Of a stretch of 62,349 bases of DNA, positions 18,328 through 27,522 are shown one piece after another (position 1 is the first letter of the stretch; each line of letters begins with the position of its first letter). Under the pieces are notes generated by a model. The model did no database searches. It had not been told where the DNA came from and was given only the letters and a program-made list of their open reading frames with translations. This DNA is from Holosporales bacterium. Lineage in GTDB: Bacteria; Pseudomonadota; Alphaproteobacteria; JAJTHO01. The DNA lies in contig JBKDWF010000052.1 in assembly GCA_046338525.1 (NCBI GenBank), forward strand, positions 1 through 62,349, written 5' to 3'. Position numbers and translations under genes: made by a program.

Positions 18328-21300
18328 GTGTTGAAGAAATGGGTTTTATCAGCGCAGGAAGAAAAAAAAGGACGCGGCCTAGTGCGGCCGATGTTGGCGG
18401 CGGTGTGCGTGTTTGCCATGGAGATGCAGGCGTTTGCACTGCCCCAGGGCGGGCAAGTAGCGGCGGGGGATGTGACGATTGGGGCGGCGGCGGCGGGGTA
18501 TCAAGAGATTACCCAAACAACCGACAAGGGCATTATCAACTGGCAATCCTTTGATATTGGACAAGGTGAGCATGTGCGGTTTGTGCAGCCCTCAACCACC
18601 AGCAACACCCTCAACCGGGTGACGGGATCAACAAACCCGTCCCAAATTTTAGGGAGGCTCTCGGCCAATGGCCAAATAACCATCATTAACCCGAATGGGG
18701 TTTTCTTTAGCAAGGACAGCGTGGTGGACGTGGCCGGCCTGACGGCATCCACGGCGAACATCAAGGACACGGATTTTCTAAGCAACAAAATGGAGTTCAG
18801 CCAACCGGGCAGCTCCAACGCGGAAATTGTTAACGAGGGCACCATTACTGTGGAGCAAGCCGGCATCGCCACCCTCGTCGCCCCCAGCGTCCGCAACGAC
18901 GGGATCATCACGGCAAAACTTGGTAGAATCAACCTCGGCGGGGCGGAGAAATTCACCGTTGATCTTTACGGCAACGGCCTGATGTCCCTTGTCGTTGATG
19001 ATGCCGCCTTACAGACCGCCGTTCGCAACGGCGGCATCCTGAGCGCCGAAGGCGGCACCATCACCATGTCGGCCAAAACGGCGGGGGAGCTGGTGGCGAG
19101 CCTGACCGAGAATAGCGGCACGGTATCGGTAGCCTCAACAACCGGCAAAGGCGGCACGGTAGAGATGACCGCAACCCATGTCGCCTTGATGCCTGGCTCT
19201 ACCATTGATGCCAGAGGTAAAACAGGGGGCGGCGTGGTGCTGGTAGGCGGTGACAAGCAAGGCAAGGGCACACTGGCCAACGCGAAAAGAACCTTTATGG
19301 CGGAAACCGCTGTTATTAATGCCGACGCGACGGACAACGGCGATGGCGGGAAAGTCATTCTCTGGGCGGATGAGCATACCGATTTTTATGGTGATATTTC
19401 GGCGAAAGCGGGGGTGAATGGCGGCGATGGCGGGTTTATTGAAACATCGGGCAAACAAACTCTTATGGCTTTTGGGAACGCCAATGCGTCGGCCCCCAAA
19501 GGTAAGGCGGGGGAATGGCTCCTCGATCCGTATGATATTACTATCAACTCTGCTGGGCCCACGGCAAACGGCACCGCCCTGCCAAATTTTACCAGCAACA
19601 ACACCGGTTCTGTTGTTAGGGCTAGTGATATTCAGGCACGGTTGAATGCGGGCACCAGCGTGACGATTACCACGGGTACGGGTCCTGGCAATGGCGATAT
19701 AACGTGGGCGGCGGGGGCATCGATTAATAAAACCGCGGGCGGCAATACTGTTCTTACCCTGAATGCATCACGTAATATTGTGCTGAATAGTGCTATCTCT
19801 GCTACGGTTGGGCAACTCGGCATGGCCTTTAACGCTGGGGGCTCGGGCACCATCACCCTGTCCGCCAATTTAACCTCTAACGGCGGGAATATCACCTTTA
19901 ACCGCCCGGTTTTGCTAGGGGCGGCATCAACCATCAACGCCGGGATCGGAACGTTTACCACTACCACCGGCGCAACCATCAACGCCGGGGCGAACAATCT
20001 TACTATTATTACGAATAACATTGCGCTGGGCGGTACTATTTCAGGCACAGGTTTACTGAACTTGCGACCGTTCACGGCAACAAATCCGATATACCTTAAT
20101 AATGCCACGGCGGGGTTCAATCTCACCGCAGCCGAACTTGGGTTTCTTCAGCCAGGGTTCGCTGGTGTAACAATAGGTTGTGCTACCTGCACCGGGGGGA
20201 TGAACGTGGGGCCAATGACATGGAATGCTTTTCCGCTGACGTTGCAAAACACCACAGGCGGCATTGCGTTCCTAGGTGACCAGACTCTTGGCGGTAACAC
20301 GACGATTAATAATGCAGGCGGTGGAACTATATATTTTACCGGGAGAGTCAATGGCAATGTCAGTGGCAATCAAAACCTGACCGTCATTGGGGAAAATATA
20401 TGGATGTCTTCTGGCCATTCTTGGGGCTGGATAACGCCCCTAGGAAATGTAAGCCTGACCGCCACCAATTCCTTAAACATACACTCCGGCATTACGGCCA
20501 GCAGTATTTTTGCCCAAACTACCGGGGCAGCGGCGGATATAGTTCTTATAAATACGTTAAGTGCCAGTAGCGCGGGTGATGCCATCACATTGGTCAGTGG
20601 TCGTCATTTTCTTACCTACGGTTCCCTCATCACCCCCTCCGGCCGCTGGCTCATCTACAGCACCGCGCCGGGGAGTAACACGCTGAACGGGCTGACGGCG
20701 GGGTTTAGTCAATATAGTTGCAGTTACCCCAGCTGTGTGGTGACGGGCGGTGCGACGCAGAACGGGTTTTTGTATTCCAGCGCGGCACCTTCCAATATAC
20801 TGACCATCACCCCCAGCGTTGTGTCGGTGATTTACGGGGATGCCGCGCCGGCGAATCTTACCAACGGCACGGGGTACGGGTACACGGTGAGCGGCTTTTT
20901 AGGCGGCGATGCCGGGGTGGCGACATTCGGTGCCAACACGTTGGTTGCTAACACTAATTATAGTGCTGGCTCTACTGTTGGAGGCACCTATTTCATTAAT
21001 TACAGCAGCGGCAGTTTGGTCTTGAACTGCGGCGGGTGCAGCAACAGCTACACCCTGTCTTACGCGAATAATGCGAGTGGGGTAACGGTGGGGCAGCGCA
21101 CGGTGACGGCCTCCCTGACCGGGACGGTGAGCAAGACGTATGATGGCACAAATACGGCAACGCTGGCAGCGGGGAATTATAGTTTTAGCAATTTGTACGC
21201 CCCGGATGCTGGGTTATTGAGCATCAGCAATACTATTGCGACGTATGACACCAAAAACGTCGGCACGCTCAAGACCGTGACCATGAGCGCCGCCCCCGTT

Positions 21301-23322
21301 TTATCCGGAACCAAAGCCGCCAACTACACCATTGCGGCCACGCCGTTATCGGGAAACATCGGGACAATCACCCCCGCCAGCATTAGCTCCATCACGGGGA
21401 TCACGGCGAGCAATAAGGTCTATGATGCGGCGACGACGGCGACGCTGAACACCGGGGCGGCTGGGTTTACTGGCCGGCTGGGCAGCGATATTCTGACCGT
21501 GGCCAGCAGCACGGGCAACTTCATTGATAAAAACGTCGGCAATGCGAAAACCGTGAACATCACCGGCCTGACCCTCGGCGGGGCGGATGCGGGGAACTAT
21601 ACCCTAAGCAGCAGCACGGCTGCCGCCACGGCCAACATCACCCCCGCCAGTATTGCTCTGACCGGCCTAACCGTCACCAAAACCTACGATGCCAACAATA
21701 CTATCAACGGCGCGCTGTTTGGCAGCATCTCTACCGGAGTGAGCGGGGAAACCCTCACCTTCACCGGCAGCACGACCACCAGCAGTCCCAACGTCGGCAG
21801 TTATTCCACGGCAACGGGCAGCCTAGTCTTAGCCAACGGCACCGGGCTGGCCAGCAACTATAATCTTATCAACGTTAGCGGTACGGCCAATATCACCCCT
21901 AAATTCATCACTCTTACTGGTGCGAAGCAGAATGACGGCAACACGACAATCCTGCCTGTACATTTGTATACCAACGGGGTGATTGCTACCGGGATTGGCT
22001 TGGAGGCGTTGACCTTGACTGGCAGTGGCAGCGTAGGCGACGCCTTCTTATTGAACACGCCGCAATCCCTTGATGTGAATGGTTTATCGTTGCAAAATGG
22101 TAGCAATGGAGGTCTGGCCGCTAACTATGTTTTTGCTGGGTCTGGTCATACCGCAATGGTGACCTCAGGGCCGCCGATTACGCTTAACATTACCCCAAGC
22201 CCTGTTACGGTCATATACGGTGACAGTGCGAGTACGTCGTTAAATAATTATAGCTATACTTATGATTCTAATCTCATTCTTGCGGGCGATACCCTAGTTT
22301 TTAGTGCCAACACCCTGATGGGTAGTTCGACTTATGCGCCCGGTGTGAACGCGGGCACGACGCATGCCATTAATTACGACAGTGGCGACCTGATGATGAC
22401 CTGTAGCAGTTGTGTGGGCAATTATGTGTTGCAATATCAAAGTGCGGCTAACATCCTGACAGTTATTCCGCGCAGTCTTACCCCCACCCTTATCGGTACG
22501 GTCAGCAAGACTTATGATGCTACTAGTACGGCCAGTTTGGCCATCAATAATATTAGTCTTAGCCCCACTTGGAATGGTGAAGACATCCGGGTTTCTTCCA
22601 TCGGCAGTGCCTTCTTTGATACTCCCAGCGTCGGTAATAATAAGCTTATCACATTGACTACTAAACCAACGTTGCAAGGTTTTGGCGGGGCTAATGCCAG
22701 CAATTATGTCCTCGACTCTATCCCAGCCCCAGCCTCCATCGGGACGATTGACCAAAAACCCGTTACTGTTGCCTATGATGCTAGTCGCATTACTCAAACA
22801 AGTATGTACACCAGCACCACTCCCGTCATCACCGATCTTATCACTAGTGATGCTGTGAGCATCGATCTTACGGGTGCTTTTGCTTTGATGGACAGCCTGG
22901 GCACCAATGCACCAGCCGGAACATACGCCAGCGCTGTTGGCTTTGGCGGTAGCGCCAGTCTCACCGGTGCCAGCAGCGGCAATTACTTCCTCATCCAGCT
23001 CAGTGGTACCCTCACTGTTCTCGCTCCGCCACCACCGCCCACACCCCCTATCCCCAATGATACCATCACCATCAACCTCGAACGCCAAGGTATCCCCGGT
23101 ACATCTATGTTTTCACCGCAATGGCCTGTCCTTGAGCAAATTTCTCCGGCCACCCTTGCCGATGCTGCTTTCCGCCCTATTTTTGATAGCTATAAAGCCG
23201 ATCCCTTTAACGCTCTTTTTGTTGCTGACCTTGAACGTATTATTAACCGTAAAATCGCTAAAAATACCCCAAAACAAACAATTATACCCACCGTCTTCCC
23301 GGGTATTTATGGGAAGTTTTGA
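18328..23322 (+). CDS. Large TpsA-type exoprotein (filamentous-haemagglutinin N-terminal TPS domain, beta-helical region, multiple MBG/YDG-type repeats, Pro-rich linker, unknown C-terminal domain)
   Basis: 1664 aa. TPS motifs: INWQSFDIG, LNRVTG, ILGRLSANGQITIINPNGVFF. Repeated modules have the form ITPAS(I/L)...K(V/T)YD(G/A)T..A...GNYTL. PPPPPTPPIP lies near the C-terminus. GTG start; Met22 is an alternative. Confidence 0.85.
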   Translation: MLKKWVLSAQEEKKGRGLVRPMLAAVCVFAMEMQAFALPQGGQVAAGDVTIGAAAAGYQEITQTTDKGIINWQSFDIGQGEHVRFVQPSTTSNTLNRVTGSTNPSQILGRLSANGQITIINPNGVFFSKDSVVDVAGLTASTANIKDTDFLSNKMEFSQPGSSNAEIVNEGTITVEQAGIATLVAPSVRNDGIITAKLGRINLGGAEKFTVDLYGNGLMSLVVDDAALQTAVRNGGILSAEGGTITMSAKTAGELVASLTENSGTVSVASTTGKGGTVEMTATHVALMPGSTIDARGKTGGGVVLVGGDKQGKGTLANAKRTFMAETAVINADATDNGDGGKVILWADEHTDFYGDISAKAGVNGGDGGFIETSGKQTLMAFGNANASAPKGKAGEWLLDPYDITINSAGPTANGTALPNFTSNNTGSVVRASDIQARLNAGTSVTITTGTGPGNGDITWAAGASINKTAGGNTVLTLNASRNIVLNSAISATVGQLGMAFNAGGSGTITLSANLTSNGGNITFNRPVLLGAASTINAGIGTFTTTTGATINAGANNLTIITNNIALGGTISGTGLLNLRPFTATNPIYLNNATAGFNLTAAELGFLQPGFAGVTIGCATCTGGMNVGPMTWNAFPLTLQNTTGGIAFLGDQTLGGNTTINNAGGGTIYFTGRVNGNVSGNQNLTVIGENIWMSSGHSWGWITPLGNVSLTATNSLNIHSGITASSIFAQTTGAAADIVLINTLSASSAGDAITLVSGRHFLTYGSLITPSGRWLIYSTAPGSNTLNGLTAGFSQYSCSYPSCVVTGGATQNGFLYSSAAPSNILTITPSVVSVIYGDAAPANLTNGTGYGYTVSGFLGGDAGVATFGANTLVANTNYSAGSTVGGTYFINYSSGSLVLNCGGCSNSYTLSYANNASGVTVGQRTVTASLTGTVSKTYDGTNTATLAAGNYSFSNLYAPDAGLLSISNTIATYDTKNVGTLKTVTMSAAPVLSGTKAANYTIAATPLSGNIGTITPASISSITGITASNKVYDAATTATLNTGAAGFTGRLGSDILTVASSTGNFIDKNVGNAKTVNITGLTLGGADAGNYTLSSSTAAATANITPASIALTGLTVTKTYDANNTINGALFGSISTGVSGETLTFTGSTTTSSPNVGSYSTATGSLVLANGTGLASNYNLINVSGTANITPKFITLTGAKQNDGNTTILPVHLYTNGVIATGIGLEALTLTGSGSVGDAFLLNTPQSLDVNGLSLQNGSNGGLAANYVFAGSGHTAMVTSGPPITLNITPSPVTVIYGDSASTSLNNYSYTYDSNLILAGDTLVFSANTLMGSSTYAPGVNAGTTHAINYDSGDLMMTCSSCVGNYVLQYQSAANILTVIPRSLTPTLIGTVSKTYDATSTASLAINNISLSPTWNGEDIRVSSIGSAFFDTPSVGNNKLITLTTKPTLQGFGGANASNYVLDSIPAPASIGTIDQKPVTVAYDASRITQTSMYTSTTPVITDLITSDAVSIDLTGAFALMDSLGTNAPAGTYASAVGFGGSASLTGASSGNYFLIQLSGTLTVLAPPPPPTPPIPNDTITINLERQGIPGTSMFSPQWPVLEQISPATLADAAFRPIFDSYKADPFNALFVADLERIINRKIAKNTPKQTIIPTVFPGIYGKF

Positions 23323-23334
23323 GGCGAACCTATT

Positions 23335-23450
23335 TATACCGCTCGCACATCAAAACTTCCCCTCTCCATCTTGCGAGCGGTACAGCCCGCGCGGGGCTTG
23401 AGCGAAGCCCTTGCACATTCTTCATGTGCAAGGAGTATATAAGGATGCGG
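23335..23450 (+). repeat. R1-family palindromic repeat (full copy with three hairpin modules)
   Basis: taccgctcgca...tgcgagcggta (11-bp stem), gggctt-gagcg-aagccc and ttgcacat-tcttc-atgtgcaa. The imperfect terminal inverted repeats are tataccgctcgcacat and atgtgcaaggagtata. Confidence 0.8.
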
Positions 23451-23460
23451 TATTAATATG

Positions 23461-23536
23461 TGGCGTCCCCACGGGGATTCGAACCCCGGTTACCTCCGTG
23501 AAAGGGAGGTGTCCTAGGCCTCTAGACGATGGGGAC
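23461..23536 (-). tRNA. tRNA-Glu (anticodon UUC)
   Basis: The reverse complement folds as a cloverleaf: acceptor gtcccca/tggggac, anticodon arm cctcc-cTTTCac-ggagg, T arm cgggg-ttcgaat-ccccg, 3' gCCA encoded. Confidence 0.9.
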
Positions 23537-23728
23537 GCAGAAAAAGCCGTGGGGCTAGGCTATAATCCAGCGTCACTTTAAACGCAATCTTTTTTATAAC
23601 CTTTCAAGAGAACGGTTGTTCCACAGAGGAAAATTTTAGCCCGTTCTCCATTATTCGCCAAAACGGATTGGTAGTGCGAGAAAAGACCTGATGACACCAA
23701 TTGCCCCACAAATGAAGTGCCCTTTGGT

Positions 23729-24448
23729 TTAACCTGAACCTTGGCCGCCTGTTTCGATGCTTCCTACAATTCGGGCAAGTTGCTGTATTTTATTTATTTC
23801 CAGTACGGATACTTTTTCTGGTTTTAATTGGCGCACGCGAATAGTATTTTCGTGGCGTTCTAAGAATTGGGCGATGAGCACTCGATCATCTGCGAGAATG
23901 ATGCATACATAGCAACCTAGTGTCAGTGGCCTTGAGGGGTCTGCGTAAAGAATGTCCCCTAGTGTATAGCGCGGTTCCATGCGATGATCAAAACAGTACA
24001 AAGCAAATGCGTGTCGAACGCCATGCAGAACCGCAGGACGAGGTATCATGCTGGAAACCTCATGAAAATTACATAGGGTTCCGCTTGCAGGATCGATCAT
24101 CCCATGCACAGGTAAAAAGTATCTAGTTTCATCAAAGTTTGGCATTAAAAGAGGGTGCGAGACGCTCCCCCCTGCGGTATGAGAAATTTTTTGTTTCGTT
24201 CGCAACCGTGCCGTGGAAGTTTCTTTTGATAAAAAATCAGCGGGATCAATGCCCAAGGCTTTTGAAATGCGTATAAGCCATTCGACGGTTAAGCGACGCT
24301 CTCCTTTTTCTAGTTTGTCAATTTGCGATTTTGTGGTGCCAGCATGTGTTGCAACATATTGAAGGCTCAAGCCTTTCTGAATGCGCAAATCACGTAAAAG
24401 GCCAGCGTGTAACATGGGTTCTTTATAACCAAGAATTGCATTTTGCAC
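23729..24448 (-). CDS. XRE-family HTH regulator fused to a degenerate S24 (LexA/CI-like) domain
   Basis: HTH: LSLQYVATHAGTTKSQIDKLEKGERRLTVEWLIRISKALGI. The C-terminal S24-like fold reads FALYCFDHRMEPRYTLGDILYADPS...VLIAQFLE, with Arg at the position of the catalytic Ser and Gln at the position of the catalytic Lys. Confidence 0.75.
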   Translation of the reverse strand: MQNAILGYKEPMLHAGLLRDLRIQKGLSLQYVATHAGTTKSQIDKLEKGERRLTVEWLIRISKALGIDPADFLSKETSTARLRTKQKISHTAGGSVSHPLLMPNFDETRYFLPVHGMIDPASGTLCNFHEVSSMIPRPAVLHGVRHAFALYCFDHRMEPRYTLGDILYADPSRPLTLGCYVCIILADDRVLIAQFLERHENTIRVRQLKPEKVSVLEINKIQQLARIVGSIETGGQGSG

Positions 24449-24542
24449 AGCTTTTTTCTGGACTTTTTTGGAGCCATATGGCGGTGTCTAACTCGAAGTG
24501 CAACACCCTCTGAGAGCGACAGAAAAATGGGATTTCGGGTTT

Positions 24543-25991
24543 TTAAACTTGTGTCCCACCGACAGTTAGCCCCTCAAGAAGCAACGTCGGCTGACCAACC
24601 CCTACCGGCACAGATTGACCATCTTTACCGCAGGTGCCGATGCCAGGATCGAGTTTTAGGTCGTTGCCAATGCGTTTAACTTTTGTCAGGCAATCTGGTC
24701 CGTTACCAATGAGCGTAGCCCCTTTAATAGGGCTTGTAATTTTACCATTTTCAATACGGTAAGCTTCAGAAGCAGAGAAAACAAACTTACCCGAGGTAAT
24801 ATCCACTTGCCCGCCGCCAAAATTGACGGCGTAGATGCCGTTAGAGACGCTGGCAATAATGTCCGCCGGGTCATCTTGCCCGGCAAGCATGTAGGTGTTG
24901 GTCATACGGGGCAAGGGGGCAGCATCATAACTTTCCCGGCGACCATTACCCGTCAAGGCCGCGCCCATGAGTCGGGCATTAAGACGATCCTGCAAGTACC
25001 CAACCAGAATGCCGTCTTCAATGAGAACAGTCTTTCCTGTGGGAGTGCCTTCGTCGTCTACGGAAAGGGAGCCACGTCGTTCGGGCAGCGTGCCGTCATC
25101 GATAACGGTAACACCGGGGGCGGCCACTCGTTGACCCATCAAGCCGGCAAAAGCCGAGGTCTCTTTACGATTGAAATCGCCCTCTAGGCCATGCCCCACG
25201 GCTTCGTGCAGTAATACCCCCGGCCAACCTGGGCCGAGCACCACGGGCATCTCTCCGGCGGGTGCTGGTTTGGCTTCTAAATTAATTAATGCTTGGCGCA
25301 GGGCTTCATCCACTTGAGCTTTCCAAGCAGCGGGCTTAAATAATAAATCGTAATGATACCGCCCACCTTGACCATCGGAGCCGGTTTCCCGGCGATCACC
25401 CTGTTGCACAACAATGGAGACATTCATGCGTACCAAGGGTCTAATATCGGCCATTTCTCGGCCATCAGCCCCGATAAGGTAAACGATCTGGGTTTCACCT
25501 GATAGGCTCGCAGAGACCTGTACCACCCGGGGGTCTTTACGCCGGGCATAAGTGTCAATAGCCTGAAGAACGGCAATTTTATCATTAAGTTTTTGGCGTT
25601 CTAACGGGTTTTCCGGGCGGTAGAGGATTGCTTCTGAAGCAGGTAGGCTTAAAGCCGCCGTGCCGCCGCCGTGGTGGCGGCGCAGGGCTTGGACGGTGCT
25701 GGCTGCTTCTTTAAGGGAGGACGGATCAAGGCGGCTCGAGTGAGCAAAAGCAATCCCTTCATCCAGCACGCCGCGCAGACCAAAACCACCAGAAACATCA
25801 TAAGTTACCGACCGAATTCGGCCATCATCCAGCACAATGCCTTCGGACTGACTGTGCTCTAAAAAAAGCTCTCCATCTTCAAAATCGTTCAGGGCGGGTA
25901 GAGCGATGTTGCGCGCTACGTCCAAAGGTAAGCCCAGAGCATCAAAAAGACTCCGGGCTTTTTCGCCTTGTAATGATGCGGAGGTAGGCAC
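24543..25991 (-). CDS. tldD: Metalloprotease TldD
   Basis: 482 aa. HEAVGHGLEGD zinc motif, with length and context typical of TldD. Confidence 0.9.
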   Translation of the reverse strand: MPTSASLQGEKARSLFDALGLPLDVARNIALPALNDFEDGELFLEHSQSEGIVLDDGRIRSVTYDVSGGFGLRGVLDEGIAFAHSSRLDPSSLKEAASTVQALRRHHGGGTAALSLPASEAILYRPENPLERQKLNDKIAVLQAIDTYARRKDPRVVQVSASLSGETQIVYLIGADGREMADIRPLVRMNVSIVVQQGDRRETGSDGQGGRYHYDLLFKPAAWKAQVDEALRQALINLEAKPAPAGEMPVVLGPGWPGVLLHEAVGHGLEGDFNRKETSAFAGLMGQRVAAPGVTVIDDGTLPERRGSLSVDDEGTPTGKTVLIEDGILVGYLQDRLNARLMGAALTGNGRRESYDAAPLPRMTNTYMLAGQDDPADIIASVSNGIYAVNFGGGQVDITSGKFVFSASEAYRIENGKITSPIKGATLIGNGPDCLTKVKRIGNDLKLDPGIGTCGKDGQSVPVGVGQPTLLLEGLTVGGTQV

Positions 25992-25999
25992 GATGGAGA

Positions 26000-26452
26000 T
26001 TACTCTTCGTCGCGGTGGGTGCGCTCATAGCGTTCATGACGCTCCTGCGCTTCAAGGGATAGGGTGGCCACGGGACGCGCTTCCAAGCGCTTGATTCCAA
26101 TTGGCTCTCCAGTTTCCTCGCAATAACCGTACTCGCCCTCCTCAATGCGACGCAGACCCGCGTCAATTTTAGTGATCAGCTTGCGCATCCGATCCCGGGT
26201 GCGCAGTTCGATTGCCTGATCGGTCTCTAGGCTTGCCCTGTCGGTAATGTCCGGCTGTTGCAGGCTTTCTTCTTGCAGGTGGTGGAGGGTTTCCGATGTC
26301 TCCGATACTAATTCTTCTTTCCATGCCAATAGCTTGCCCCGGAAGTATTCCAGCATCACGGGGTTCATGTACTCTTCTTTATCCGAAGGCTTATAGCCTG
26401 CGGGCAGGGTTGCCTTGGGGGTGAGGCCCGGCTGAAGTTTCGACTTAGGCAT
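26000..26452 (-). CDS. dksA: RNA polymerase-binding transcription factor DksA (1-Cys type)
   Basis: 150 aa. Coiled-coil region with the DxxDxA-like tip (ITDRASLETD). The C-terminus YGYCEETGEPIGIKRLEARPVATLSLEAQ aligns with the E. coli CxxC...CxxC region but keeps only one Cys. Confidence 0.85.
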   Translation of the reverse strand: MPKSKLQPGLTPKATLPAGYKPSDKEEYMNPVMLEYFRGKLLAWKEELVSETSETLHHLQEESLQQPDITDRASLETDQAIELRTRDRMRKLITKIDAGLRRIEEGEYGYCEETGEPIGIKRLEARPVATLSLEAQERHERYERTHRDEE

Positions 26453-26510
26453 GGGAGGATTCTCCTTGAATGCGTGGCATTGTAGCGAGGAAAGTGCGGG
26501 TGACGCAAGC

Positions 26511-26602
26511 TATACCGCTCGCACATGAAGATTTCCCTAAAAATCTTGCTAGGGGTACAGCCCGCGCGGCGCTTGAGCGAATCCCTTGCACATTCTTCAT
26601 GT
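26511..26602 (+). repeat. R1-family palindromic repeat
   Basis: tataccgctcgcacatgaag...gtacagcccgcgcgg.gcttgagcgaatcccttgcacattcttcatgt is collinear with 23335..23450. Confidence 0.8.
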
Positions 26603-26681
26603 TCGGCGCGACAGCCTTCTCCTAACATGTTCGTCCGGCTCGCTAACTGGTTTGCCGAGCCGAAGCATGTAGTGCGAAGGC

Positions 26682-26756
26682 TGGTGGGCGGTGAGGGGAT
26701 CGAACCCCCGGCCCTCTCGGTGTAAACGAGACGCTCTACCGCTGAGCTAACCGCCC
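26682..26756 (-). tRNA. tRNA-Val (anticodon UAC)
   Basis: The reverse complement is gggcggttagctcagcggtagagcg-tctcg-ttTACac-cgaga-...ttcgatc...accgccca-cca. It forms a cloverleaf with encoded CCA. Confidence 0.9.
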
Positions 26757-26763
26757 TTAAAGT

Positions 26764-27492
26764 TTATTGTCGGTACTGACCACCATTGATGTTAAAGGTG
26801 GCGCCAGTGATAAACCCGGCATCTTCCCGGGTCAAGTAGGTAACTAGTCCAGCGATTTCGCTAGCCTCACCGAGGCGACCCACGGGAATTTTATCTATGA
26901 TGGTTTTAATAATCTCTGGGCGAATGGCGGCGACCATTTCGGTGTTGACGTATCCCGGCGCAACGGCGTTGACGGTAATGTTTTTACTGGCTCCCTCAAG
27001 AGCCAAAGCTTTTGTAAAACCAATCATTCCGGCCTTAGCAGCGGCGTAGTTAGTCTGGCCAAATTGCCCGGAAAGACCATTAATGGATGAGATGTTGACA
27101 ATTCGACCAAACCCCGCCGCCCGCATACCGTCGATGACGGCCTTGCACATAGTGAAACAAGAGCGCAAATTGACACTAATAACCGTATCCCAATCGGTTT
27201 CGGAAAGTTTATGGAATGCAGCATCCCGGGTCACCCCGGCATTGTTGATCAAGATGCCTACTGGCGCGCCTAAATCGCGTTCAATCTGGCGAACACCAGA
27301 GGCGCAGTCATCAAGCTTGCTCACGTCCCAAGCATAGACATGAATGCCATGTTCTTTGGCGAAAGCATTGGCGGCATCGGCATTGCTGGCGTAATTAGCA
27401 ACGACCCGATGCCCAGCAGCCTTAAGAGCAAGCGATATAGCCGCCCCAATGCCTCGGGTTCCGCCAGTGACAAGAGCAACACGTTGGGTCAT
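26764..27492 (-). CDS. phbB: Acetoacetyl-CoA reductase
   Basis: 242 aa SDR. RVALVTGGTRGIGAAI and NYAAAKAG are present. It lies immediately downstream of a thiolase gene, the classical phbA-phbB pair. Confidence 0.85.
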   Translation of the reverse strand: MTQRVALVTGGTRGIGAAISLALKAAGHRVVANYASNADAANAFAKEHGIHVYAWDVSKLDDCASGVRQIERDLGAPVGILINNAGVTRDAAFHKLSETDWDTVISVNLRSCFTMCKAVIDGMRAAGFGRIVNISSINGLSGQFGQTNYAAAKAGMIGFTKALALEGASKNITVNAVAPGYVNTEMVAAIRPEIIKTIIDKIPVGRLGEASEIAGLVTYLTREDAGFITGATFNINGGQYRQ

Positions 27493-27522
27493 AAGAATAG
27501 GATTTCCTTAAAAATAAGACTT

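Noticed and set aside
22990-23322. C-terminal region of the TpsA protein as a CdiA-type toxin with a downstream immunity gene
   Set aside because: No VENN or (Q/E)LYN pre-toxin motif is visible. The ~140 nt downstream are occupied by an R1 repeat and then a tRNA, leaving no immunity ORF. It is kept only as an open question within the TpsA finding.
26000-26452. DksA retaining only one of the four zinc-finger cysteines
   Set aside because: The sequence shows it clearly (CEET ... SLEA instead of CxxC ... CxxC). However, 1-Cys DksA proteins are a known natural class, notably in alphaproteobacteria, so this is not unusual.
26525-26725. 66-aa ORF spanning the R1 repeat and tRNA-Val
   Set aside because: It overlaps a well-folded tRNA gene on the opposite strand and a repeat element, so it is spurious.
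23461-26756. tRNA-Glu and tRNA-Val as borders of an integrated genomic island
   Set aside because: I looked for a direct repeat of either tRNA 3' end (for example tggcgtccccacggggattcgaacc) in the flanking 5 kb and found none. No integrase gene is present. The genes between and beside the tRNAs (tldD, dksA, phbAB) are core genes. Only the degenerate XRE-S24 gene hints at an old prophage.
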